From: an uncultured bacterium
Lineage (GTDB): Bacteria > Fidelibacterota > Marinisomatia > Marinisomatales > J089
Direction of reading: 5' to 3'
Length of the DNA: 54,625 nucleotides
NCBI GenBank assembly: GCA_964549745.1
Contig: CAZJWP010000003.1
Coordinates: forward strand, 1-54,625
How positions within the stretch are numbered: position 1 is the first letter of the stretch; the number at the start of each line of letters is the position of its first letter. The notes below the pieces were generated by a model, which had not been told where the DNA came from, did not search any database, and saw only the letters and a program-made list of their open reading frames with translations. Of this stretch, positions 9,400-18,059 are shown piece after piece. A program made the translations under genes and the position numbers.

Positions 9400-10385
9400 A
9401 TCACAAAACCATTACAGAGGCATTGACCCAATTCTCGTCCAAAACCGTTCTGGTTGTCGGCGACTTGATGCTGGATGCTTACATTTGGGGAGACGCGATG
9501 CGAATATCCCCGGAAGCGCCGGTTCCGGTGGTGAAAGTGAAATCGCAGGAATTTATGCCCGGCGGCGCTGCGAATGTGACCCGAAATTTGCGCGGCCTGG
9601 ATGCCAATGTCATTGCCGGTGGAATCGTGGGTGAAGATCCGGAAGGTGAACAATTGGTGACCTTACTTCACGAAGTGGGGATCCACTCCGATTCGATTAT
9701 CCGGACTGAAGAACGTCCGACCAGTGTAAAAACACGAATTATCGCCCGGAATCAACATGTGGTTCGGTATGATCGTGAATACATTGCAACGGTAAGTGAA
9801 GAAATTCAGTCCCGGCTCTTTGGAAAAATTGAAGACCAGATCGAATCTTTGGATGGCTTGATTATAGAAGACTACGGGAAGGGTCTTTTTTCCGCCGAAT
9901 TTATTAAGCAACTCATTGAGATTGCCGGACAACAAAATATTCCGGTTTTTATTGATCCTAAGAAACGGTTCTTCGAACAGTTCACAAATGTCCGATTACT
10001 GAAACCCAACTGGAAAGAATTCCTGGAAGCTGTCGGTCCATTTGATTCAGAAGAGGATTTTTTAGCCAGCGGGGAAGCGTTTCGCCTGGCGCAAAATGTT
10101 GAATCCTTGTTGGTGACCCGTGGTTCGGATGGGATGACTCTTTTCAATAAAAACGGTACCAGAACAATCCCAACCCATGCACGCAGAGTGCACGATGTCT
10201 CCGGGGCAGGTGATACAGTCATTGCCACTTACACATTAGCCAATATTTGTGGGCTCAGCGATACGGACGCAGTGGCACTTGCAAACCTGGCAGCCGGGAT
10301 AGTATGTGAAGAAGTGGGCGTTGTTCCAATCACACTTTCTAAACTTGGAACTCGACTGAACGAACTTATCTCTGCTTCAGAATAG
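9396..10385 (+). CDS. D-glycero-beta-D-manno-heptose-7-phosphate kinase (RfaE/HldE domain I only; PfkB family)
   Basis: 329 aa. N-terminal VLVVGDLMLDAYIWGDAMRISPEAPVPVV is typical of the HldE kinase domain. C-terminal GAGDTVIA. No adenylyltransferase domain is present. Confidence 0.8.
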   Translation: MNHKTITEALTQFSSKTVLVVGDLMLDAYIWGDAMRISPEAPVPVVKVKSQEFMPGGAANVTRNLRGLDANVIAGGIVGEDPEGEQLVTLLHEVGIHSDSIIRTEERPTSVKTRIIARNQHVVRYDREYIATVSEEIQSRLFGKIEDQIESLDGLIIEDYGKGLFSAEFIKQLIEIAGQQNIPVFIDPKKRFFEQFTNVRLLKPNWKEFLEAVGPFDSEEDFLASGEAFRLAQNVESLLVTRGSDGMTLFNKNGTRTIPTHARRVHDVSGAGDTVIATYTLANICGLSDTDAVALANLAAGIVCEEVGVVPITLSKLGTRLNELISASE

Positions 10386-10392
10386 CCGGATT

Positions 10393-12021
10393 ATGGCTTA
10401 TATCCGACATTTTGTATCTATTATAATTTTAACAATTGAATTCAGTACTTTTTTACCTGCCCAACCTGCCGTACGATTCCAACCTTTTGACTGGGTATTG
10501 TACACCCGTACCGGAGCAATACAGTCATTTTCCGAAGGGATGCAATATGTATACATCGCCACGCACCTTGGGGGCGTTTATCGCTGGGATTATATCCGTA
10601 AAGAATTTGCGCTGCCGATAACAACTTCCCAGGGTTTAACATCCAATCATTGCACGGCTGTTTTCAAGGATAAGGGATCAGGGACGTTATGGATTGCCAC
10701 AGAACATACTTTGGACTATGTCTTCAATCTGCATGGAACGTGGACACATCAAAATCTGAAATATTATGGACTCTCCGAAAAAAATCGTATTGATCACATT
10801 GCAGCTTCCACGCACTACATTTGGGTTTTCTACGGAAAAAATGTACTCAAACTGGATCGTTACAGCGGCGGATTCATCGGCCGGTTTACTGAACCTGACG
10901 AAAAAATTATCGCCTCGGGATCGGGGCATGGGATAAAACCGGCTGTACTCAGGGATTTGGGAACTTATTCGGTATCAGACGGCTGGTTAATCAATGGGAA
11001 ATCTGTTGTGGATTCGCAAGGACGAACGGAGGTATTCACTACCTTTATTTCGGGCCGTTACGATGATCGCTATATTGGGACAGACCGGGGAACCCTGCTT
11101 GTGGGAGATGGAACCATGAAAATGCTTTCGCCGGTTCATGTGGGATTATTAAACCGAGGAGTCGGTGATATCGTATTTGGAGATGATTTAATCCTGAGCA
11201 GCACTTATCGAACGGATCCGTTCGGTCTCACCCTATTTAATCCGGATGAAATAAGTTTCAATTATCAGGAATCGGAACTGGAATCCAACTCCGTTCCGGA
11301 ACCGGTTTGGCGTATGGTTGGAGATGCCAATGAACTTTGGGTCGGAGGGAAATCGGTTGCCGTTTATAACGAAAACGACCGTTTCTGGAAACCGCTGGGA
11401 GAAATACAATCCGGGAACGGTGTAACGGCGATGACAGAAGGTGGTGGATATATTTGGATCGGCACCGTTGACGGTTTGATGAAAGTGGACACGCTAACGA
11501 ACCACATCCTCAGATATAACGTGCTTCCTAACAAGATCAATATGGATGTCAGAGGTCTCGGATATCAGAATCACCGGGTTTGGGTTGCCACCAGCGGTTA
11601 TTTGCTGACCGTTAATCCGGAGTCGGATCAAGTGGAGAATCAGGGACTGGAAACCCAATTAGGTTTTAATCCGGGATTTATGCAATACCAGGCGTTAAGT
11701 GTGAGAGGCAAGGGAATGATGGTTGCTACATCTCAGGGAATATTTTATCGTTCGAATCCCGCTGCGCATTGGACTAAAATTCTCAATTTATCAGATTATT
11801 CCGGCCAACCTGTAAGGACCCTGGATTGGGATGGTGATCTTGGTGTGTTGAATTTTACTTCCGGCTTCATGCTGTTTACACTGGAAGGACATTTTACACA
11901 GAAATACAATTACGACTTCTTAGGAACCATAAATTGCGCTTACATTGACGGGGCCCTAGTGTGGCTTGGAACAAATCAAGGCTTAATTCAATTCAACACT
12001 CAAAACGAAACGTTCAAGTGA
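10393..12021 (+). CDS. Secreted beta-propeller protein with two-component-regulator-propeller (Reg_prop)-like repeats
   Basis: 542 aa. Signal peptide. Recurrent xWIATxxG/xWIGTxxGL-type blades: LWIATEHTL, IWIGTVDGLMKVD, VWVATSGYLLTVN, VWLGTNQGLIQFN. Confidence 0.6.
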   Translation: MAYIRHFVSIIILTIEFSTFLPAQPAVRFQPFDWVLYTRTGAIQSFSEGMQYVYIATHLGGVYRWDYIRKEFALPITTSQGLTSNHCTAVFKDKGSGTLWIATEHTLDYVFNLHGTWTHQNLKYYGLSEKNRIDHIAASTHYIWVFYGKNVLKLDRYSGGFIGRFTEPDEKIIASGSGHGIKPAVLRDLGTYSVSDGWLINGKSVVDSQGRTEVFTTFISGRYDDRYIGTDRGTLLVGDGTMKMLSPVHVGLLNRGVGDIVFGDDLILSSTYRTDPFGLTLFNPDEISFNYQESELESNSVPEPVWRMVGDANELWVGGKSVAVYNENDRFWKPLGEIQSGNGVTAMTEGGGYIWIGTVDGLMKVDTLTNHILRYNVLPNKINMDVRGLGYQNHRVWVATSGYLLTVNPESDQVENQGLETQLGFNPGFMQYQALSVRGKGMMVATSQGIFYRSNPAAHWTKILNLSDYSGQPVRTLDWDGDLGVLNFTSGFMLFTLEGHFTQKYNYDFLGTINCAYIDGALVWLGTNQGLIQFNTQNETFK

Positions 12022-13277
12022 AGAAAATCCTACTCACACTGTTGCTTTTGGCGGAGATTTATCCGTTATACGGCATTGATCCTATATTCAATAAGGAAGA
12101 AAAAAGGAATATTGATCATTTCAGTGTAGCGGCGTATCCCGTTCCGGTTTCCGGAACCGATTCAATCAGGATCATGGCTTATCTTGATCTGCCTTATGTC
12201 GCTTTACAATTTGTCAAAAAGGACTCCACTTTTCGGGCTGATTTTCAGGGTACAATCACATTAAGAGATAAAGAGGGAAATCAGTACGGACGAAAGATTT
12301 GGAAAGATTCTGTCGTAGTCGATAATTATGTCTCAACGATTTCCATGTCTCTTTCGGTGATTTCGCATACATCTTTTTTGGTACCGCCTGGAAAATATGA
12401 CCTGGTAGCACAGGTCATGGACATGGACACCAAAAACAGCGGTGAGGACAAGGGTGAGTGGGATTTAACGCAGTTTAATGAACCCAATGCGGTGTATCCT
12501 CCCATTGTTTTTCGATCCAAACCCGGGAATTGGGGATTCGGAGCGGGCATTATTCCTGTTATGAATCGGGAAATCCGGGAGCTGGACGATTCCCTGGAAG
12601 TGAGGATTGCTTATAAAACCAGGGATAAAACCACATTGCGTTTCAAGATCACTGATGGAAATAACCATGATATCCGGAAGCAATCGCGATCATTGGATCC
12701 GGCGCTTGAAGGTGATTCCATTGTATATAAACTGGATCCAAATTTATTCAGTGGTTTGATGTACGCATTCAAAGTGGAACTGGAAGCGAACGGAAAAACC
12801 ATGAAACAGATTTCCCGAATCAAGGTCAACAAGCCGGGAATTTCTCGTTTGGTCACGGATGTGGATGATGCGCTGGAGCAAATGGTTTATATCCTTAACA
12901 GTAAGGAAAAAGCTAAGCTGAAAAAGGCCAAAGGAGACGATCGGGAAACACTGTTTAAAGAATTTTGGAAAATCCGGGATCCCAATCCGAATACGGAAGA
13001 TAATGAATTGATGGATGAATACTATCGTCGGATTCGATATGCCAACCAACATTTTTCAGGTTTCACTGCCGGTTGGATGTCTGACATGGGCATGATCTAT
13101 GTGCTCTTCGGTCCACCGGATGAAGTGGATCGGAGTTCGTCAAGTCAATACCATCGTTACTACGAACTATGGTATTATAATCGCATCAATCGACAGTTTT
13201 TGTTTATCGATTATAACGGATTTGGGGATTACCGGTTGGATGTTCCGTTTATGGGTAATCCGTTTACTGGTATTTGA
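12018..13277 (+). CDS. GWxTD domain-containing protein
   Basis: The C-terminal region carries FWKIRDPNPNTEDNELMDEYYRRIRYANQHF ... GWMSDMGMIYVLFGPPDEV, which matches my recollection of the GWxTD domain. The GTG at 12018 gives a signal-peptide N-terminus (VKKILLTLLLLAE) and overlaps the upstream stop. Confidence 0.65.
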   Translation: MKKILLTLLLLAEIYPLYGIDPIFNKEEKRNIDHFSVAAYPVPVSGTDSIRIMAYLDLPYVALQFVKKDSTFRADFQGTITLRDKEGNQYGRKIWKDSVVVDNYVSTISMSLSVISHTSFLVPPGKYDLVAQVMDMDTKNSGEDKGEWDLTQFNEPNAVYPPIVFRSKPGNWGFGAGIIPVMNREIRELDDSLEVRIAYKTRDKTTLRFKITDGNNHDIRKQSRSLDPALEGDSIVYKLDPNLFSGLMYAFKVELEANGKTMKQISRIKVNKPGISRLVTDVDDALEQMVYILNSKEKAKLKKAKGDDRETLFKEFWKIRDPNPNTEDNELMDEYYRRIRYANQHFSGFTAGWMSDMGMIYVLFGPPDEVDRSSSSQYHRYYELWYYNRINRQFLFIDYNGFGDYRLDVPFMGNPFTGI

Positions 13278-14077
13278 TGCTGGATCATTACTCGCACAGC
13301 AGTATACAAACCTATCAAAAATGTCCGGCCCAATTTTCGATCCGGTACATTGATAAAGTTGAAAAACCGGATGAGAGTATTGAGGCTTTTTTAGGCAAAC
13401 GGGTTCACGAAGTTCTGGAGTATTTGTATAATTATCGGAAAGCCGATAAGGGAATTCCCATGATTGATATGCTCCTGACCCAATTCCATTCGGTTTGGGA
13501 AGACAACTGGCATGATCGCATCGGGATTGCAAATACCGGCCAAAAAGTTCAGGATTATTATCGCAAAGGCGAAGCCATGATCGCCCGGTTTTACCGACAA
13601 TATTTTCCATTTGATGAACCGGTAAAGGAGATCGAATACCGGATTAAGTTTTTTCTCGATGAAACGGATGATTATCCCATGGTAGGTATTCTGGACCGTC
13701 TGGATATTATTGGAAATGAACGGGTTGAAATTCACGACTACAAAACCGGTAAACGGGTCATGGGGCAACGCGCTGCCGACAATGATATCCAATTGGCGAT
13801 TTATCAACTTGGGATTAAGGACGAGTCCTATGAATCCATGCCGGTTGAGTTGGTTTGGCATTTTTTACATACCGGAGGAGAAGTACATTCACAGCGGTCA
13901 AAACACCAACTATTATACGTCAAACGCAAATTGATGTCTGCTATCGACCACATAAACGACCATATCCGAAGCGAGGAAGCCTTTCAACCCAAGGAAACAC
14001 GACTGTGTTATTGGTGTCACTACTGGGAAGAATGTCCCGCGAAATTCATTTCTAACCCCACGATTCCCCAACAATGA
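13277..14077 (+). CDS. PD-(D/E)XK nuclease family protein (RecB/Cas4-like, with Cys cluster)
   Basis: About 266 aa. N-terminal SHSSIQTYQKCP, then DRLD ... IHDYKTGK (D...D/ExK), then QLAIY. The C-terminal CYWCHYWEEC, together with the N-terminal Cys, resembles the Cas4/AddB 4-Cys Fe-S pattern. The ATG at 13277 overlaps the upstream TGA. Confidence 0.75.
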   Translation: MLDHYSHSSIQTYQKCPAQFSIRYIDKVEKPDESIEAFLGKRVHEVLEYLYNYRKADKGIPMIDMLLTQFHSVWEDNWHDRIGIANTGQKVQDYYRKGEAMIARFYRQYFPFDEPVKEIEYRIKFFLDETDDYPMVGILDRLDIIGNERVEIHDYKTGKRVMGQRAADNDIQLAIYQLGIKDESYESMPVELVWHFLHTGGEVHSQRSKHQLLYVKRKLMSAIDHINDHIRSEEAFQPKETRLCYWCHYWEECPAKFISNPTIPQQ

Positions 14078-14604
14078 AATCCATATCAGATAAACAAATT
14101 GAGATTCTTAAAAAGATTTTGACTCCAAAGGTTTTGTCCGGCCTTTCTTCTGATGAAAAGGACACAATGCAACAATTGATATCGGTGGATACATCGGTAG
14201 GTCAGTTTCAATTATTTGTGGACGGCGCTGCTAATCTCCAGGAAAAAACCGCCGGAATCGGAGGACATATTCAAAGAAATGGAGAGGAATTGTATCGGTT
14301 TGCCGAATTTCTGCCAGATTCCACCAACAATGAAGCGGAATACTCAGCCATGATTCGGGGTTTAAAAGCTGCATTGGATTTGAATCTGAGTGAAATTGAA
14401 GTGTTTGCCGATAGTGAATTGGTAGTTCGACAGATCAATGGCCGGTATAAAGTGAAACATGAGAACATGATTCCGCTGCATCGAAAAGCAAAACAACTCC
14501 TGGGAAAATTCCAATCATGGAGTGTGACCCATATTCCACGAGAAAAAAACAAATTAGCTGACCAACTGAGTAAAGAAGGACTCAAAGAGGGAAGAACGTC
14601 ATGA
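14074..14604 (+). CDS. Ribonuclease H family protein (RNase HI type, with about 45-aa N-terminal extension)
   Basis: 176 aa. The DEDD residues are in the expected order: LFVDGAA, NNEAEYSAMIRGL, VFADSELV, NKLADQLS. Confidence 0.8.
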   Translation: MKSISDKQIEILKKILTPKVLSGLSSDEKDTMQQLISVDTSVGQFQLFVDGAANLQEKTAGIGGHIQRNGEELYRFAEFLPDSTNNEAEYSAMIRGLKAALDLNLSEIEVFADSELVVRQINGRYKVKHENMIPLHRKAKQLLGKFQSWSVTHIPREKNKLADQLSKEGLKEGRTS

Positions 14605-15665
14605 AAGCGCTCATTACTGCCGGGGGGCACGGAACCCGACTCCGCCCCATTACCCATACGCAAAATAAACATTTAATTCCCATCGCAAATAAGCTGATGC
14701 TTCAATATGCGCTGGAGTATCTGAAAGATGCAGGAATCTCAGAAGCCGGAATTATCATCAATGAAGGCGATGTATCCATCGAAAAAGCATTCGGTAGCGG
14801 TGAAAACCTGGGATTATCCCTGACATACATTCCACAATCAGCGCCAAAAGGTCTGGCTCATGTGGTGAAAATCGCCGAACCGTTTATTGGCTCAGATCCT
14901 TTCATTTTCTATTTGGGGGACAATATCCTGGTTGGAGGTGTTTCCGGATTTATTCGCGAATTTGATAAACAGAATTCGAACTGTCATCTTGTTCTAAGCA
15001 AAGTTCCGGATCCCAATCGTTTTGGTGTGGCTGAAATAGAAGGCAACAGGATTGTGTCCATCGAAGAAAAACCGGCCAAACCCAAAAGCGATTTCGCGGT
15101 AACCGGGATTTATGTTTACGATTCCCACATTTTTGAGGCAGTGAACGCCATCAAACCCTCGGACCGTGGCGAATTAGAAATTTCGGATGCGCATCAATAC
15201 CTTTTGGAAAAGGGATATTCGGTTTCCTATTCGGAAATCACCGGTTGGTGGAAAGATACGGGAAAACCGGAAGATTTGCTGGAAGCCAACCGCCTGGTTC
15301 TGGACAGCATACAATCTACGGTCCATCCCAATGATTTTCCCGGCAGTACTATTTCCGGCCGGGTTCAAATTGGGAAGGATTGCGCCATAAAAAATTCCAT
15401 TATTCGTGGACCGGCGATCATCGGGAATTCCGTTACGTTGGATCATGCCTATATTGGACCGTATACCTCCATCGGGAATCGATCGACAATTGTGGAAAGC
15501 GAAATCGAATATTCGGTGGTGATGGACGGCGGAACTTTGAATCAATTGCATAAACGTGTGAGCGGCTCCCTGTTTGGCCAAAATGTAATGGTGAAGCGGC
15601 GAAATGAACGGCCCAATAATCTACGTTTTATGTTGGGCGATCAAAGTCATGTCGAATTATTGTAG
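14601..15665 (+). CDS. Sugar-1-phosphate nucleotidylyltransferase, long form (glucose-1-phosphate thymidylyltransferase-like with C-terminal left-handed beta-helix)
   Basis: 354 aa. N-terminal MKALITAGGHGTRLRPITHTQNKHLIP. C-terminal hexapeptide-repeat-like region (IGKDCAIKNSIIRGPAIIGNSVTLDHAYIGPYTSIGN). Confidence 0.8.
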   Translation: MKALITAGGHGTRLRPITHTQNKHLIPIANKLMLQYALEYLKDAGISEAGIIINEGDVSIEKAFGSGENLGLSLTYIPQSAPKGLAHVVKIAEPFIGSDPFIFYLGDNILVGGVSGFIREFDKQNSNCHLVLSKVPDPNRFGVAEIEGNRIVSIEEKPAKPKSDFAVTGIYVYDSHIFEAVNAIKPSDRGELEISDAHQYLLEKGYSVSYSEITGWWKDTGKPEDLLEANRLVLDSIQSTVHPNDFPGSTISGRVQIGKDCAIKNSIIRGPAIIGNSVTLDHAYIGPYTSIGNRSTIVESEIEYSVVMDGGTLNQLHKRVSGSLFGQNVMVKRRNERPNNLRFMLGDQSHVELL

Positions 15666-15770
15666 TCTATACAAAAATTCTTAAAGACTGATAAATTGGG
15701 ATGAAATGAAGATTGGTTGAAGTAGATTTACCGTCAATTTCGAACCATAATTTAACCGATTAAGCCACGC

Positions 15771-16799
15771 ATGGGACTCACTTCCTCAGTCAAAGATACC
15801 CTCAACTGGATTTCCGGTGATATCGCCATTGATCTCGGCACCGCCAATACCCTGATTTGGTTAAAAGGGAAAGGGATCATCATCAACGAACCATCCATTG
15901 TTTCTCGTTCTGTACACGATGGTAAAATAATGGCCGTAGGGAATGACGCGAAAGCCATGATGGGAAAAACCCACCGTGAACTGGAAGTCATTCGCCCGCT
16001 TCAGGATGGTGTCATCGCCGATTTTAATATGACAGACGGCATGCTCCAGGGCTTTATACGGAAAATCAACCTCAATCGATTAGCACGCCCCAAAATGGTT
16101 ATTTGCGTTCCTTCCGGTGTTACCGAAGTTGAGCGACGTGCGGTAAAAGACTCCGGAGAACGAGCCAATGCCAAGGAAGTGTATCTGATTGAAGAACCGG
16201 TCGCAGCTGCGATCGGTATTGGATTGGACATTGATCAACCGGTTGGAAACATCATCGTCGACATCGGTGGTGGAACGACGGAAATTGCTGTCATCGCTCT
16301 GAACGGTGTTGTGACAAAAGAGGCCATTCGGATTGCCGGTGATGAAATGGATGAATCGATTGTGAAGTGGTTCCGAAACGAGCACAAGCTGGAAATCGGA
16401 CTCCCGACCGGAGAAAAAATTAAGAAAGCCGTGGGATCGGCCATGCGGATGAAAATGGATTCGATCTCAGTAAAAGGTCGCGACCTGGTTTCGGGAATAC
16501 CGAAAACCATCGAAGTCTCTTCGGATGAAATCCGGCAATCGTTAAAAGATCCGATCTCGAATATTGTGGAAGCAGTTAAACGTGCATTGGAACAAACACC
16601 GCCTGAGTTGGCAGCGGATATTCTGGATCGCGGTATTATTATGACCGGAGGTGGCAGTCTGCTGAAAGGGATCGACCAAATCATCCGGGAGCGGACCAAT
16701 GTACCGGTCAATATTGCTGAGGAACCGTTGCTTTCCGTGGTAAAAGGAACGGGGCAAGTACTTGAGAATGTGTCTAAGTACGAGGCCGTATTGATGTAA
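15771..16799 (+). CDS. mreB: Rod shape-determining protein MreB
   Basis: 342 aa. Actin-fold motifs DIAIDLGTANTLI, VDIGGGTTEIAV, IIMTGGGSLLKGI. Confidence 0.95.
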   Translation: MGLTSSVKDTLNWISGDIAIDLGTANTLIWLKGKGIIINEPSIVSRSVHDGKIMAVGNDAKAMMGKTHRELEVIRPLQDGVIADFNMTDGMLQGFIRKINLNRLARPKMVICVPSGVTEVERRAVKDSGERANAKEVYLIEEPVAAAIGIGLDIDQPVGNIIVDIGGGTTEIAVIALNGVVTKEAIRIAGDEMDESIVKWFRNEHKLEIGLPTGEKIKKAVGSAMRMKMDSISVKGRDLVSGIPKTIEVSSDEIRQSLKDPISNIVEAVKRALEQTPPELAADILDRGIIMTGGGSLLKGIDQIIRERTNVPVNIAEEPLLSVVKGTGQVLENVSKYEAVLM

Positions 16800-16804
16800 A
16801 TCGC

Positions 16805-17599
16805 ATGAAGAAGATTTACATCTCCCTTATTGCCAATCGCCACCACGTCGCTTTCTTCATCCTGCTTCTTTTCTCTGTTCGTTTGTTGTTTAATAACGAA
16901 CAGTCGAATCTCGATCTGATCCGCGCAAAAACAATCGATACTTTTTCTTTTATTCTGGCTCCGTTCGATTATTATCGTTCCCTGGTCCGACTGCATGATG
17001 AAAATGACTTGCTCCGGGACAAGAATATCCAGTTTAGATTGGAGTTGGAAGAATTCAGGAACATGAGGCAGGATTACGAACATCTGCGTGAATTATTAGG
17101 CTTCCGTGAACAAAGCCGGCTTTCCTTACTTCCTGCCAATGTATTATTGATGGGAATGACTCCGAATGCCACCTCCATGATTATTGATGTAGGTGCGGCA
17201 GACAGTGTAGAAAAAAACCTCCCCGTAATTTCATCAGATGGTATTGTTGGAAAGACCATTTTGTGTGGTCAAAAAAGCTCAACGGTTCAGATTTACAGTG
17301 ATATGAGTTTCCGGATCAGTATTCGGATTTTGCCCAGCGGAACCACGGGTATCCTTCGTTGGGTTCATACCAACGAAGCCGAAGTTCAGGAAGTTCGGAA
17401 GAACGCACCCATTTCCATCGGTGACCGCGTCATTACCAGCGGTTATAGCAATATATATCCCAAAAATATTCCGGTTGGAAAAGTTGTTGGCGTAGAGAAT
17501 ATTCGGGGCCGGGACGAGAAAATTGTCCGCGTACAGCTGGCCAGTGATCTGACCCGGATAAGCGATGTATTTGTCATTTTGAAGCACCGTAATGAATAG
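16805..17599 (+). CDS. mreC: Rod shape-determining protein MreC
   Basis: 264 aa. N-terminal TM, coiled coil (ENDLLRDKNIQFRLELEEF) and C-terminal beta domains (VITSGYSNIYPKNIPVGKV). Sits between mreB and mreD. Confidence 0.85.
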   Translation: MKKIYISLIANRHHVAFFILLLFSVRLLFNNEQSNLDLIRAKTIDTFSFILAPFDYYRSLVRLHDENDLLRDKNIQFRLELEEFRNMRQDYEHLRELLGFREQSRLSLLPANVLLMGMTPNATSMIIDVGAADSVEKNLPVISSDGIVGKTILCGQKSSTVQIYSDMSFRISIRILPSGTTGILRWVHTNEAEVQEVRKNAPISIGDRVITSGYSNIYPKNIPVGKVVGVENIRGRDEKIVRVQLASDLTRISDVFVILKHRNE

Positions 17600-18059
17600 A
17601 AAGCAACTCATCCTGATCATCATTGGCATCTTGGTGTTTCAATTGATTATTGGCCCCTGGATGACGATTCGGAATATTCGGCCCGATTTTTTCCTGATCC
17701 TTGTTGTATATGTGGGAGTTACCGAAGGCAGTTTTGTTGCTGTAATTGTAGGATTTATTTGTGGTCTGCTTTTGGATAGTTTTGGAGTAGGCAGTTATTT
17801 TGGTTTGTCATCATTCATTTATGTTTTAGCCGGGTATGCATCCGGATTTTTGAAAGACAAATATCAACGTTTGGCACCGGTGCTTTTCACTTCCCTTTGG
17901 ATTGGGATATTCTGTATTGCATTTTTCATCTATGCCTTTGTTCGGTTTCAATATATATGGGACGAAAATTTCCTTCAATTTCTAAACATTTGGGCGTTGA
18001 CAACATTATATACCTTAAGTATCATGGGTATCATTCAATTCATCCGACCAATTCGATAA
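17592..18059 (+). CDS. mreD: Rod shape-determining protein MreD
   Basis: 155 aa polytopic membrane protein in the canonical position after mreC. The start has an 8-nt overlap with mreC. Confidence 0.7.
   Translation: MNRKQLILIIIGILVFQLIIGPWMTIRNIRPDFFLILVVYVGVTEGSFVAVIVGFICGLLLDSFGVGSYFGLSSFIYVLAGYASGFLKDKYQRLAPVLFTSLWIGIFCIAFFIYAFVRFQYIWDENFLQFLNIWALTTLYTLSIMGIIQFIRPIR

Noticed and set aside
10393-12021. Propeller protein as T9SS PorZ
   Set aside because: It has Reg_prop-like blades as PorZ does. However, it is shorter (542 aa), lacks any recognisable C-terminal sorting domain, and is not adjacent to T9SS genes.
16235-17083. 282-aa ORF on the - strand spanning the mreB 3' end and the mreC 5' end
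   Set aside because: It is antisense to two strongly supported genes. The translation is low-complexity and Ser/Ile/Pro-rich, there is no start context, and it is a shadow-frame artefact.
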